The notes under the pieces are model-generated. The model was not told where the DNA came from and searched no databases. It worked only from the letters and a program-made list of their open reading frames with translations. Of a stretch of DNA of 64,000 bases, positions 40,166-50,213 are shown piece after piece. Position 1 is the stretch's first letter, and every line of letters starts with the position of its first letter. The DNA is from an uncultured Acidobacteriota bacterium. GTDB taxonomy: Bacteria; Acidobacteriota; Terriglobia; UBA7540. The position numbers and the translations under genes are program-made. Location: positions 1,152,001 to 1,216,000 of the forward strand of contig CAWDSK010000005.1 of assembly GCA_963804995.1 (NCBI GenBank). Direction: 5' to 3'.

Positions 40166-40180
40166 TGGAACTCGCCCTGC
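40166..40180 (+). promoter_or_regulatory. putative sigma54 promoter with upstream IHF-like site
   Basis: TGGAAC-N5-CTGC (GG-N10-GC); attcaaatgagtta at about 40126. Confidence 0.4.
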
Positions 40181-40258
40181 CCTTCCTATGGATGGCGAGT
40201 TAGGTTTGGCCGCTGGATTAAGTTCGTCGATTAGCTGAAGTGGGCTCAAGTTCTGTGG

Positions 40259-43200
40259 ATGTTTTTAAATGCGACTGCCGGGTGGTGCCACCGTGTTAGC
40301 AGAAGTCGAGAGTGCCCAACTGCTTGGAGTGATGCCATGAAGTCGCCGCGCGAGATCGTGCTTTCCTTTCTCCACCCAACAAGTTCCGTGTCTCATAGGG
40401 TGATCGGACGCACAGGGATTCGTGTTGCAGCGCTAACTTCGGTTTCTGGCAGCCCAGACCCTGCTGCCTGGCGCCATATTCGTCCTTTGATTTACCTCTT
40501 CTTCGCGGTGACGGGGGGGATGGCAGCATACGAGTGGCTGAAAATGCTTGCCTTTCCGGGCGTCACAATGTGGGCGTCCTATTTGATGACGATCGGCGTC
40601 AGCGGTGCTGCGGCCGTCGTGGCGGGTTACTTTGTGTTGCAGAGGCAGTCTCGCTTACTGGAAAGGATGGGCGTGGAACTTCGCGGGCGCCAGCGGGCGG
40701 AAGTCACACGGAAAAGCGAGGAGAAATACCGTTCGCTCGTTTCGAACATTCCCAACGTCGTCTGGACGAAAGATGCCCAGTTACACATTGTTTTCACCAG
40801 CCCCAACATCGAAAGAATCAGCGGGTACGAGATCGATGAGGTCTACGAACAGCGCACTCGCCTCTTCTTAGAAAACATTCATCCAGATGACAATCAAAGA
40901 GTGAGGGAAGCTTTTGAAGCGCTCTTTGCGAGGGGGCAACCCTACGATGTTGAGTGTCGTCTCCGGCACAAGAACGGAGAATGGATTTGGGTGCACGACC
41001 GGGCTCTCGCAACCTATGAAAAAAACGGCGTCCGCTACGCTGACGGCCTGCTGTCAGACATCACCGCGCGCAAGCGAGCGGAAGAGGAACTGCATCAGTC
41101 GCGGCGGATGCTTCAATCCATCTTGGATGCAATTCCCCAACGCATCTTCTGGAAGGACAGGAACATTTCGTATGTAGGCTGTAACAAGACCTTCGCGAAT
41201 GATGCGGGGTTGAAAGACCCGGCAGAAATTCTCGGCAAGAATGATTATGAGCTTACTTCGAGAGAAACAGCAGAACGTTACCGCGCCGATGACAAGCTGG
41301 TGATGGAGTGCGGGACGCCCCGGCTCAACTTCGACGAACCCCAAAACAGGCCGGATGGAAGCTTGGTGTGGCTGCGCATTAACAAATTGCCCCTGCATGA
41401 CCGAGAAGGCAAAGTCATCGGGATCATAGGGACTTACGAAGACATCACCGAACGCAAGCGGGCGGAGCAGGCGTTACAGGATAGCCAATCCCGGCTCCAG
41501 GCCATTGTTGATTCGGTGCAGGCCGGGATTGTTGTCATCGATCCGGAGACACACCGGATCGTGGATGCCAACTCCGTGGCTCTTGAGTTGATTGGGGCGC
41601 CGCGCGATCAGGTCGTGGGCGCCGTGTGCCACAAGTTCATCTGTCCGGAGGAATGCGGACGCTGTCCGGTTTCCGATTTGAATCAGTCAGTGGACAACTC
41701 CGAGCGCGTTCTCCTGACCGTTTCAGGTAAGCGGCGAGAGATTATCAAAACGGTCGTACCCGTTGTCATCGCCGGGCGCAGGCACCTTTTGGAAAGCTTT
41801 ATCGATATCACCGGCCGCAAGCGGGCAGAAGCGGAAATGGCCGAACAGCACCGTTTGGCGACACTTGTGGCCGAAGTGGGGGTGGTGCTTACTCGGGCTG
41901 AGAGCCTATGTCAAGGCTTACAACAATGCGCGGAGATTCTAGTAAGCAACACCGGTGCTGCCTTCGCCCGCGTTTGGACGGTCAATGAAGAGGAAAACGT
42001 CCTCGAACTGCAGGCCAGCGCCGGGATGTACACTCACCTGGACGGTGGCCACGCCCGGGTACCCCTCGGGAAGTTCAAGATTGGGCGTATCGCCGAAAGA
42101 GGTGAGCCCCACTTGACGAACTCGGTGCAGGAAGATTCCTGGGTGGGAGATCCGGAATGGGCACGGCGGGAAGGCATGGTGGCGTTTGCGGGCCACCCCT
42201 TGAAAGTTGAGGACCGAGTATTGGGGGTGTTGGCCGCGTTTGCGCGCCAACCCCTCACGGAAGCCACGCTTCAGGCCTTTGCCTCCGTGGCCAACAATAT
42301 CGCCCAATTCATCAAGCGCAAGCGTGCCGAAGCGACCCGTGACTACCTGGCCTCAATTGTTGAATTCTCGGGTGATGCCATCATCGGTAAAACCCCTGAG
42401 GGGGTTGTGCGAAGTTGGAACGCCGGAGCGGAGAGGCTTTATGGCTATACGCCCTCGGAAATGATGGGGCAATCGGTTTTTCTCCTTGTTCCATCGGAGG
42501 ATCGGAAGGAAGTCGAGGACTTCCTCAATCGGGTCAAGCGGGGTGAGGCGATTGAGCCCCACGAGACGGTGAGGGTTACGAAGGGCGGTAGGCGCATCGA
42601 TGTGTCTGTCACCATTTCTCCTCTCAAGAGTGCCAGCGGCGACGTCGTGGGTGCTTCGACGTTTGCCCGCGACATCACCGAGCGCAAACGGGCGGAACAG
42701 GAGCTTTTATTCAAGACGGCACTTCTGAAGGCACAGGCGGAGACCACGCTCGACGGGATCCTTGTTTTGGATTTGACGGGTCACATACTTCTGGCCAACA
42801 GCCAATTTGCAAGAATGTGGAGTATTCCCGAGGAGGCAATCCGCACGAAGGACGACAAGAAGTTGATGGAGCATAGTTTAGGGCAACTTAGGGACGCCGA
42901 CGCCTTCCTAAAAAGAGTGAATTACCTTTACACCCACGCAAGTGAGAAATCGCGGGATGAAATTGAGCTCAAAGATGGGCGGGTTTTTGACAGGTACTCC
43001 TCTCCCCTCCAGGGCTCAACTGGCAAGCTTTACGGCAGGATCTGGTACTTTCGCGACATCACTGACCGTCACGAGCTGGAACGGATGAAAAGTGAGCTCG
43101 TTTCGGTGGTAAGCCACGAACTACGCACGCCTCTAACATCGATTCGCGGGGCCTTGGGACTACTGGCTGGTGGATTGCTGCGTTCCCAACCCGAAAAGGG

Positions 43201-44560
43201 GGAGCGGATGTTGGAGATCGCAGTCTCGAACACCGACCGCCTAGTGCGCCTAATCAACGATATTCTAGATCTTGAGCGCATGGAATCCGGCAAGATGAGT
43301 ATGGAGAAACAAACCTGCAACGCTGCCGACCTGATGACTCAAGCGGTGGATAGTGTGCGCGACCTGGTGGAAAAGGCAGGTGTGACCTTGTCCGTATCAC
43401 TGTACTCCGCTCGACTTTGGGTTGATCCGGACCGGATTATTCAGGCATTGATCAATCTGCTTGGCAACGCCATTAAGTTCTCACCTCGAGGCGGGAGCAT
43501 TTTGTTAAGTGCAACACCACAAGCAGAGCAGATTCTGTTCCAAGTTAAGGACCAGGGGCGGGGAATTCCGCCGGAAAAGCGCGAAATCATCTTCGAACGC
43601 TTTCAGCAGATTGACGCATCTGACCGAAGGGAAAAGGGTGGCACGGGTTTGGGCTTGCCGATAACTCGCAGCATTGTGCAGCATCATGGTGGGCGGATTT
43701 GGGTTGAAAGCGCGCTGGGTGATGGCAGCACTTTCTTTTTTACTCTTCCATTTCTGCCAGCCGAAACAATCTTGGTTGGCGGCGGTTCTCGCGCCCGAAA
43801 AGTACTGGTGGGCGCTGTTAATGCGGATATTTGCAGTACCGTACAAGCCGTCTTGAACCAGACGGGCTATACCGTAATGGTGGCGTCGTCCTGGCAGGAA
43901 GTAATCGACCAGGCAACTATTGACCGTCCGGACGCTATACTGCTCGATCCCTCATTGCCTGGCATGGAGAGCTTCGAAGCCCTAACTGCACTGAAGCAGA
44001 AGTCACACGGCGAGGACGTTCCTGTGATCGGCCTTGGTGGTATCGCTCCCGACAAAGACCATCTAGCGGCTGTGGGAATGGCGGGTTGGGTGACGAAACC
44101 CTTGAACGAAGGTTCCCTGTTCCACGCTTTGGAATCTGTTTTGGGCAATGCGAGTGCACGTCCGCGCGTTTTAGTGATTGAGGATGACGCTGATTTAGCG
44201 CGAGTGCTCACGACCATCTTTGAACGGCACGGCGCGGTGGTGTTCCATGCTCGGACCGGGCGGGAGGCCATTCAAGTTTGTCCGCAATTTGTTCCTGATC
44301 TGCTCGTACTCGATGTGATATTGCCTGAACTCGACGGCTTTGGCGTTGTGGAACACTTACGGCAACGCGGGAGATGGCAACATTTGCCCCTGGCAGTGTA
44401 CTCCGTGAAGGAGTTGGGCGAATCGGATAAAGCGCGGTTGCGGCTTGGTGAGTCCATTTTCATGACCAAGAGTCGCCTCACCCCACAAGAATTTGAGCAA
44501 CGGGCAATCGGATTGCTCAACTGGACGACTTCCGGGCAGAGAGAGAGGCGACGGCGATGA
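40259..44560 (+). CDS. hybrid histidine kinase: 2 TM, 5 PAS, GAF, HisKA, HATPase, 2 REC
   Basis: SHELRTP, GGTGLGL, ILLDPSLP, LVLDVILP; the true start may lie downstream. Confidence 0.92.
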   Translation: MFLNATAGWCHRVSRSRECPTAWSDAMKSPREIVLSFLHPTSSVSHRVIGRTGIRVAALTSVSGSPDPAAWRHIRPLIYLFFAVTGGMAAYEWLKMLAFPGVTMWASYLMTIGVSGAAAVVAGYFVLQRQSRLLERMGVELRGRQRAEVTRKSEEKYRSLVSNIPNVVWTKDAQLHIVFTSPNIERISGYEIDEVYEQRTRLFLENIHPDDNQRVREAFEALFARGQPYDVECRLRHKNGEWIWVHDRALATYEKNGVRYADGLLSDITARKRAEEELHQSRRMLQSILDAIPQRIFWKDRNISYVGCNKTFANDAGLKDPAEILGKNDYELTSRETAERYRADDKLVMECGTPRLNFDEPQNRPDGSLVWLRINKLPLHDREGKVIGIIGTYEDITERKRAEQALQDSQSRLQAIVDSVQAGIVVIDPETHRIVDANSVALELIGAPRDQVVGAVCHKFICPEECGRCPVSDLNQSVDNSERVLLTVSGKRREIIKTVVPVVIAGRRHLLESFIDITGRKRAEAEMAEQHRLATLVAEVGVVLTRAESLCQGLQQCAEILVSNTGAAFARVWTVNEEENVLELQASAGMYTHLDGGHARVPLGKFKIGRIAERGEPHLTNSVQEDSWVGDPEWARREGMVAFAGHPLKVEDRVLGVLAAFARQPLTEATLQAFASVANNIAQFIKRKRAEATRDYLASIVEFSGDAIIGKTPEGVVRSWNAGAERLYGYTPSEMMGQSVFLLVPSEDRKEVEDFLNRVKRGEAIEPHETVRVTKGGRRIDVSVTISPLKSASGDVVGASTFARDITERKRAEQELLFKTALLKAQAETTLDGILVLDLTGHILLANSQFARMWSIPEEAIRTKDDKKLMEHSLGQLRDADAFLKRVNYLYTHASEKSRDEIELKDGRVFDRYSSPLQGSTGKLYGRIWYFRDITDRHELERMKSELVSVVSHELRTPLTSIRGALGLLAGGLLRSQPEKGERMLEIAVSNTDRLVRLINDILDLERMESGKMSMEKQTCNAADLMTQAVDSVRDLVEKAGVTLSVSLYSARLWVDPDRIIQALINLLGNAIKFSPRGGSILLSATPQAEQILFQVKDQGRGIPPEKREIIFERFQQIDASDRREKGGTGLGLPITRSIVQHHGGRIWVESALGDGSTFFFTLPFLPAETILVGGGSRARKVLVGAVNADICSTVQAVLNQTGYTVMVASSWQEVIDQATIDRPDAILLDPSLPGMESFEALTALKQKSHGEDVPVIGLGGIAPDKDHLAAVGMAGWVTKPLNEGSLFHALESVLGNASARPRVLVIEDDADLARVLTTIFERHGAVVFHARTGREAIQVCPQFVPDLLVLDVILPELDGFGVVEHLRQRGRWQHLPLAVYSVKELGESDKARLRLGESIFMTKSRLTPQEFEQRAIGLLNWTTSGQRERRRR

Positions 44561-44937
44561 CAACACGACGAGTTCTTATTGTCGATGATGAGGACGACAT
44601 CCGGGAGGTGGCCCAGATCAGTCTGGAAATGGTCGCAGGTTGGAAGGTATTAACAGCCAGTTCCGGTTCTGCGGGATTGAAAATAGCTAGTGCTGATCAG
44701 CCCGATGCCATCCTGCTGGATGTGATGATGCCAGAAATGGATGGACCGACTACTTTCCAAAAACTGCAGGCAGATCTTTCGATTCGACATATTCCTGTCA
44801 TCTTATTAACAGCCAAGCGGCAGCCTGCCGACCGAAAGCTGTTCGCCGAGTTAGGGGTGGCAGGAGTACTGGCGAAACCTTTCGATCCTCTCAAGTTAGC
44901 AGCCCAGGTAACGGAAGTTCTCCATTGGTCTTCGTGA
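44557..44937 (+). CDS. single-domain response regulator
   Basis: VLIVDDE, LLDVMMP, AKPF. Confidence 0.93.
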   Translation: MTTRRVLIVDDEDDIREVAQISLEMVAGWKVLTASSGSAGLKIASADQPDAILLDVMMPEMDGPTTFQKLQADLSIRHIPVILLTAKRQPADRKLFAELGVAGVLAKPFDPLKLAAQVTEVLHWSS

Positions 44938-44970
44938 CCGATAACCCCCTGTGGTCGGAGGTACAAGACG

Positions 44971-46998
44971 ATTGCTTCAATTCTTGCCGTAGGTGTTTCC
45001 CCAGAGCTGGTGTTGTTCCTCGAACACCGACTGGAGGGCGTAGTGGTCAAGGCTGTCCGAGACGGTCATGAGGCCCTGGCGATACTAGCGAAAGGTGGCT
45101 GGCAGTTGCTTGTGATCGACCACAGCGTTACGGATCCCCCCGCCCTTGAACTCCTTGCCGAGATGCGTACTATCCCGACAGGGTCTAATCTCCCAGTCAT
45201 CTATTGCCTGGAGGAAGGGGCCCCTTCCGAGCTACAAACGACGCTGGTCAGGAAATTGGGGGTGGAACAACTTTGCTTTCATCCCCTGGATCTGGAGGAA
45301 CTGGCTCTTCAGGCGAGTGCGCGGCTTAATCTGCCCCTGCTTTCTCAGCCGAAACAGCAGAGTGAGGCGCAGGATCAGACGCTGGCCGCTGTGGCTGGGC
45401 TTTGGACTCGCTTCAAGGATACCATCCTGGGGCGTGTCGAAGTGGTCGAGCAAGCTATATCGGCGTTGTTGGAAGGTGATCTCAATGGTGAACTCCGGCG
45501 CAAGGCGGAGCAGGAAGCTCACAAGTTAGCAGGTTCAGTGGGATCGTTTGGCTTCAAGGAGGCCTCCCGACTGGCTCATGAGGTTGAACAGTCCTTTCGG
45601 ACCGGGTCAAATCTGGGACAGGCACAAGCTTTGTCCCTTTCGGAGGCGACTGCGGCCCTTCGCCGGGAATTGGAGAGCAAGCCAGTCGGACAGTCAACCG
45701 AGCACTCAGTGCCCACGAGCGATAGCCGCCCATTACTGTTGGTTGTGGATAGTGATAAAGAGGTGGCACAGCAATTGGTTGAAGAAGCCGGCAACAGGGA
45801 GGTTCGGGCGGAGATGGCAATTGAATTGTCCGCCGCCAGGGATTTCATAGGGCGCTTGCGACCGGACGTTGTGCTACTGGACCTATCGTTTTCCCAGGAT
45901 GCACAGGGCAGTTTGAAACTACTGGAAGAACTGACTGACTGCGATCCCCCCGTGCCCGTCCTTGTCTTGACCACTCTTGATAGTCTGATCGACCGGGTTG
46001 AAGTGGCTCGACGGGGTGGGAGGGGTTTCCTCCAGAAACCTATTCCGCCCTGGGAAGTTCTGGATGCCATTATGCAACTGCTGAACCGAGTGAGCGCCTC
46101 GGAGTCCAAGGTGATGGTCGTGGATGACGACCCCCAGGTACTGGCGACACTCAAGGCCTTACTTGAACCCAGACGAATTCGAGTGATTGCATTGGATGAA
46201 CCGCTTCGCTTCTGGGAGGTACTTGAACGAACATCACCTAATTTAATAGTCCTGGACGTGGAAATGCCGCATCTGAGTGGCATCGAGTTGTGTAGGGTGA
46301 TACGCAACGACCCACGCTGGCTTGGTGTTCCTATCCTTTTCCTTACCATGCACACGGATGCAGAGACCGTGCAACGGGTTTTCGCTGCCGGCGCTGACGA
46401 CTTTGTGGGCAAGCCCATTATTGGGCCTGAGTTGTTAACCCGCATTGGTAACCGTTTGGAACATGCCCGTCTCTATCGCAGTTTTGTGGAAACCGATCCC
46501 CTTACAGGGGTGGCCAACCGACGTAAATCCACCACCCTGATCAACCAGCTCATCAGGTTGACCAACCGGCACCACCAGCCGTTTTGCTTCGCCATTCTAG
46601 ACCTTGACCAATTCAAGCGCATTAATGACTCCTACGGGCACGCCATGGGGGATCAGGTGCTCCGCAAGCTGGGGACGGTTCTGCTAAAGACATTCCGGGG
46701 TGAAGATGTGGTGGCACGTTGGGGTGGGGAGGAGTTTGTGGTAGGCATGTTCGGTATGCGGAAGCAGGACGCGGTGCAGAGGATGACGGGAATGTTGAAG
46801 GGTTTTCGTCAGGAACTGTTCACGACTCCCGCGGGGGTGGAGATTCATGTGACTTTTAGCGCGGGAGTTGCTCAATACCCCGAAGATGGAGGGGATCTGC
46901 AAGTGCTCTACAGGGCCGCAGACGAGGCTCTCTATCAAGCCAAAAAGGCCGGACGTGACCAGGTTCTCCCGGCGGGGGATCGGTCCGAGCACAGCTAG
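44971..46998 (+). CDS. multi-receiver/Hpt diguanylate cyclase
   Basis: REC-like, Hpt (AHKLAGS), two REC, DPLTGVANRR, RGED I-site, RWGGEEF. The start is uncertain (ATT 44971 or GTG 45010). Confidence 0.9.
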   Translation: MASILAVGVSPELVLFLEHRLEGVVVKAVRDGHEALAILAKGGWQLLVIDHSVTDPPALELLAEMRTIPTGSNLPVIYCLEEGAPSELQTTLVRKLGVEQLCFHPLDLEELALQASARLNLPLLSQPKQQSEAQDQTLAAVAGLWTRFKDTILGRVEVVEQAISALLEGDLNGELRRKAEQEAHKLAGSVGSFGFKEASRLAHEVEQSFRTGSNLGQAQALSLSEATAALRRELESKPVGQSTEHSVPTSDSRPLLLVVDSDKEVAQQLVEEAGNREVRAEMAIELSAARDFIGRLRPDVVLLDLSFSQDAQGSLKLLEELTDCDPPVPVLVLTTLDSLIDRVEVARRGGRGFLQKPIPPWEVLDAIMQLLNRVSASESKVMVVDDDPQVLATLKALLEPRRIRVIALDEPLRFWEVLERTSPNLIVLDVEMPHLSGIELCRVIRNDPRWLGVPILFLTMHTDAETVQRVFAAGADDFVGKPIIGPELLTRIGNRLEHARLYRSFVETDPLTGVANRRKSTTLINQLIRLTNRHHQPFCFAILDLDQFKRINDSYGHAMGDQVLRKLGTVLLKTFRGEDVVARWGGEEFVVGMFGMRKQDAVQRMTGMLKGFRQELFTTPAGVEIHVTFSAGVAQYPEDGGDLQVLYRAADEALYQAKKAGRDQVLPAGDRSEHS

Positions 46999-47331
46999 CA
47001 AAGCATCCAAATCGGTTTCGCACGGGGGAAGGGTGGTGACGCTCTCCCCATGCTGATGACTTGGTTCCTCCCAACACGCCGCCGCCCATCTCGGCGGATA
47101 TAGTCGGAGGCCTTGGCCTTAAACCTCCCAGGTTGTCTATTCTCTTCTACCAGTGGCACAATCTATTTTGCTCGGTTTAGATCCTGTTGGCTTCGATGGG
47201 ATCTCTGCCCGGGGATTACCCATAGGGCATGGGCAGCAGATTGACGGCTCAAGGAGTGGTGAAGGGGCCCAGGGGACGGGACGTGGTGGGTCATCATGAG
47301 AGAGTTATGGGCCAGATGCAGCGGGTTCCGG

Positions 47332-49737
47332 TCACAGGCCATAGGTACGGCGCAGCAGGCGGCGCACACGCGCGTGCAGCTCGGGGATAGAAATCGGCTT
47401 GGTCATGTAGTCATCGGTTCCCATCATAAAACCTTTGGTACGGCTTTGCTCATCGGTGTTGGCGGTAAGCATCATAATGGGAATGAATGTCGTTATGATA
47501 TCCTGCCGGAGTCGCTCGCAGACCTCAAACCCGGACAGGCCGGGCATCATTACATCGAGGATCACGAGGTCCGGTTTCAGTCCGTCAACCTTTGCCAAAG
47601 CCTCTAATCCATCCTTGGCCTCGACCACTTCCGGTTTCGAGGGGAGTAATTCCAGCGCCTTGGCTATCAGCGAGCGCATCACTTCGTCGTCATCGACCAC
47701 CAAGATACGTGGAATTCTCTCGGGGATAGACTCCAATGCAGGCGGGGCGGTGCTGGCTGGAGAAACCTCAGCAGACACAGAAGGAACCTTCACGTCTGAC
47801 ACTGGCAAAGGGGCGGGTTTCTCTTGGGCCGGGGCTGCAGCCGTTACAACGGCGGTCCCGCAATAGGGGCAGATTTGCCAACCAGGTTTTAGCTCCTGCC
47901 GGCAGGATTCGCATACTGCCTTAAGAGAAAAAAAGCAATAAGGACAGTGGGCGAAGTCGCGGTTGATCAAGGTTCCGCAATTGGGGCAGCGCGTCACCTC
48001 CTCTTCTTGGAGTTGGATCACGCGTAAAATCTCGTCCACCGTTGTTAGGCCATCCCGCATTTTCTGGAGGGCCTCGTCAAGCAATAGCGTGCTGCCGTCG
48101 AGGAGCATCGCCGTGCGGAGTTCTCCCTCCGGCGCCTTCCGGCTCACCAGTTCCTTCATCCTGGGAGTCATGCGCAGAAACTCGTAGACCCCAATACGGC
48201 CGGAATAACCCGTCTTCCCACAGGCGTCACAGCCTTTTCCATGGTAAAAGGTAAACCGGGCTTCCGCCAAGTGGAGCCGTTCCAGCTGTTTGGCTTCTGG
48301 AGAATAAGGTTCCCTGCAACGCTCACAGACTTTTCGGACTAGTCGTTGTGCGACAATTAAATTTATCGATGTACTAATCATAAAAGGCTCCACCCCCAGC
48401 TCAAGCAGACGGGCGACCGTTGCGGTCGTGCTGTTGGTGTGGAGGGTAGATAGAACCAAGTGCCCGGTCATGGCAGCGTGAAACGCAATTTCCGCCGTTT
48501 CCAAATCCCGAATCTCTCCTACCAGAATGACATCAGGGTCCTGCCGCAGAATCGAGCGTAGGCTGGCCGCGAAGGTCAACCCCGCCTTGGTATCCACCTG
48601 CACCTGATTGATACCGGCTAACTGGATTTCAATCGGATCTTCAACCGTAATGATATTGATCTCCGGTTTTTTCTTTTCCGCCAAGATCGAATACAAAGAG
48701 GTCGTCTTGCCACTTCCCGTGGGGCCCGTCACCAGAATCATACCTTGAGGTTGGTCCGCTGCCTTCTTGAGGATTTCGAGATCTGAATCCTTAATCCCCA
48801 GGGAGGCGGTGGAAGGCACGCGCTGTCCAGAACCCAGGATTCGCAAAACGATTTTCTCTCCAAAGTGGGTAGGTAATGTCGAGACACGTAAGTCAATTTC
48901 TCAATCCGCGTAAGCCACTTTGATGCGGCCATCCTGAGGAACGCGCCTCGCCGTAATGTCGAGCTTCGCCAAGATCTTCATTCGGGACACGAGTGGATCC
49001 TGGATCCATTTGGGCATTCGCAGGTATTCACGTAGAAGCCCTTCGATGCGAACCCGCACCTGGACATCATGAAGAGCCGGTTCAATGTGGATATCGCTGG
49101 CCCCGTACTTGATTCCATACCGGATCAGTAGATTAACCATCTTCACCGCCGGCCCCTTCGTGCTTTCCTTCAGTGAGTCCACACGCTCGATACCATCTTC
49201 ACCGCCTTCCATCCCGACGATTCGCATATCCTCGACGGGGCCGACGTTTTGAAGGAACTCATCCATCCAGTGGTTTGGAGCGTAGTAATAGTTTATGCCG
49301 TCTTGCACTTCGGTACGAGTGGCAACCACGGGCTTGATCGAGCAGGCGGTGGCAAACCCAATATCCTGGATGGCCGTCAAGTCTGTGGGATCAGCCATTG
49401 CCACGACCAATGTCGGACGGCGCTTCACACGACGAGCCGTGGCGTCTTCTGCATCCTCTTCCTTTGTTAGGGGGAGACATATGTATTTGCGGGCCAACTG
49501 CTCAGTAACCGTGCGTAAAACTTCGGGGTCGATGGTTGTCGCCGCCAATTTCACGTACGGTATCCGCAACTGCTGAGACAACGCCTCAGCCATGGTCTCC
49601 TCTGAGATCTTTGTCTCAGCGAGGATGATGTCGCACAACGGGCGTTTGCTTTGCTCTCCCCGTGCGAGGGCCGCAGAGATCTCTTGCGGGAGAAGTACAC
49701 CCGCTTTTTCCAGGATCGAGGCTAATTGTGTGCTCAT
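47332..49737 (-). pseudogene. PilB/GspE-family ATPase with double zinc ribbon and C-terminal REC, interrupted by an in-frame TGA (48901-48903)
   Basis: ASDIHIEP, PQDGRI, then *EIDLRVSTLPTHFGEKIVLRIL in the same frame, GPTGSGKT, LRQDPD..LVGEIRD, STLHTN; four CxxC; VILDVMMP. Confidence 0.88.
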
Positions 49738-50213
49738 AGGTTACGCTTTCCCGAACTTGGTCAGTTGCGGCCCGATCTAACCCACATTCTTTCTATCAAG
49801 CCAAGGTCCCAGCCGATTGGGCGGCCAATGCGGCCTGCATTACTCACCCAGATACATGGCTGACCGATATCACTTCAAATTCTGGTAAGTGGACTATTTG
49901 TGGCAAGCCCTTGGAGGGGTTGACATTGCCCATTGTGAAAAACGGTAGCGCGCAGCGCTGACGACTAAGCCAGGGACCTCCGCGCACGACGGCACACAGG
50001 CTAATGATCCGAGGAAGAGCAAAAGGCAGCGCCAGGCAACTCCAGACACTTTATGAAGCGCTTCGAGAATTGTCATTTTGCACATAATACAAACGCACAG
50101 AAGTCTGCGCGCGCCGGTATGTTAGCACTGGAAAGCTGCTAAACGCAGATGCGCGCACGGCCGAATTTCCTAACCAGCCCTCACCCGCATGATGAGGGCA
50201 GTGATACCCAATC

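Noticed and set aside
48901..48903. Selenocysteine or recoded TGA in the PilB-like gene
   Set aside because: The position is not a conserved Cys, TGA is used as a normal stop elsewhere in the window, and a CGA>TGA change explains it simply.
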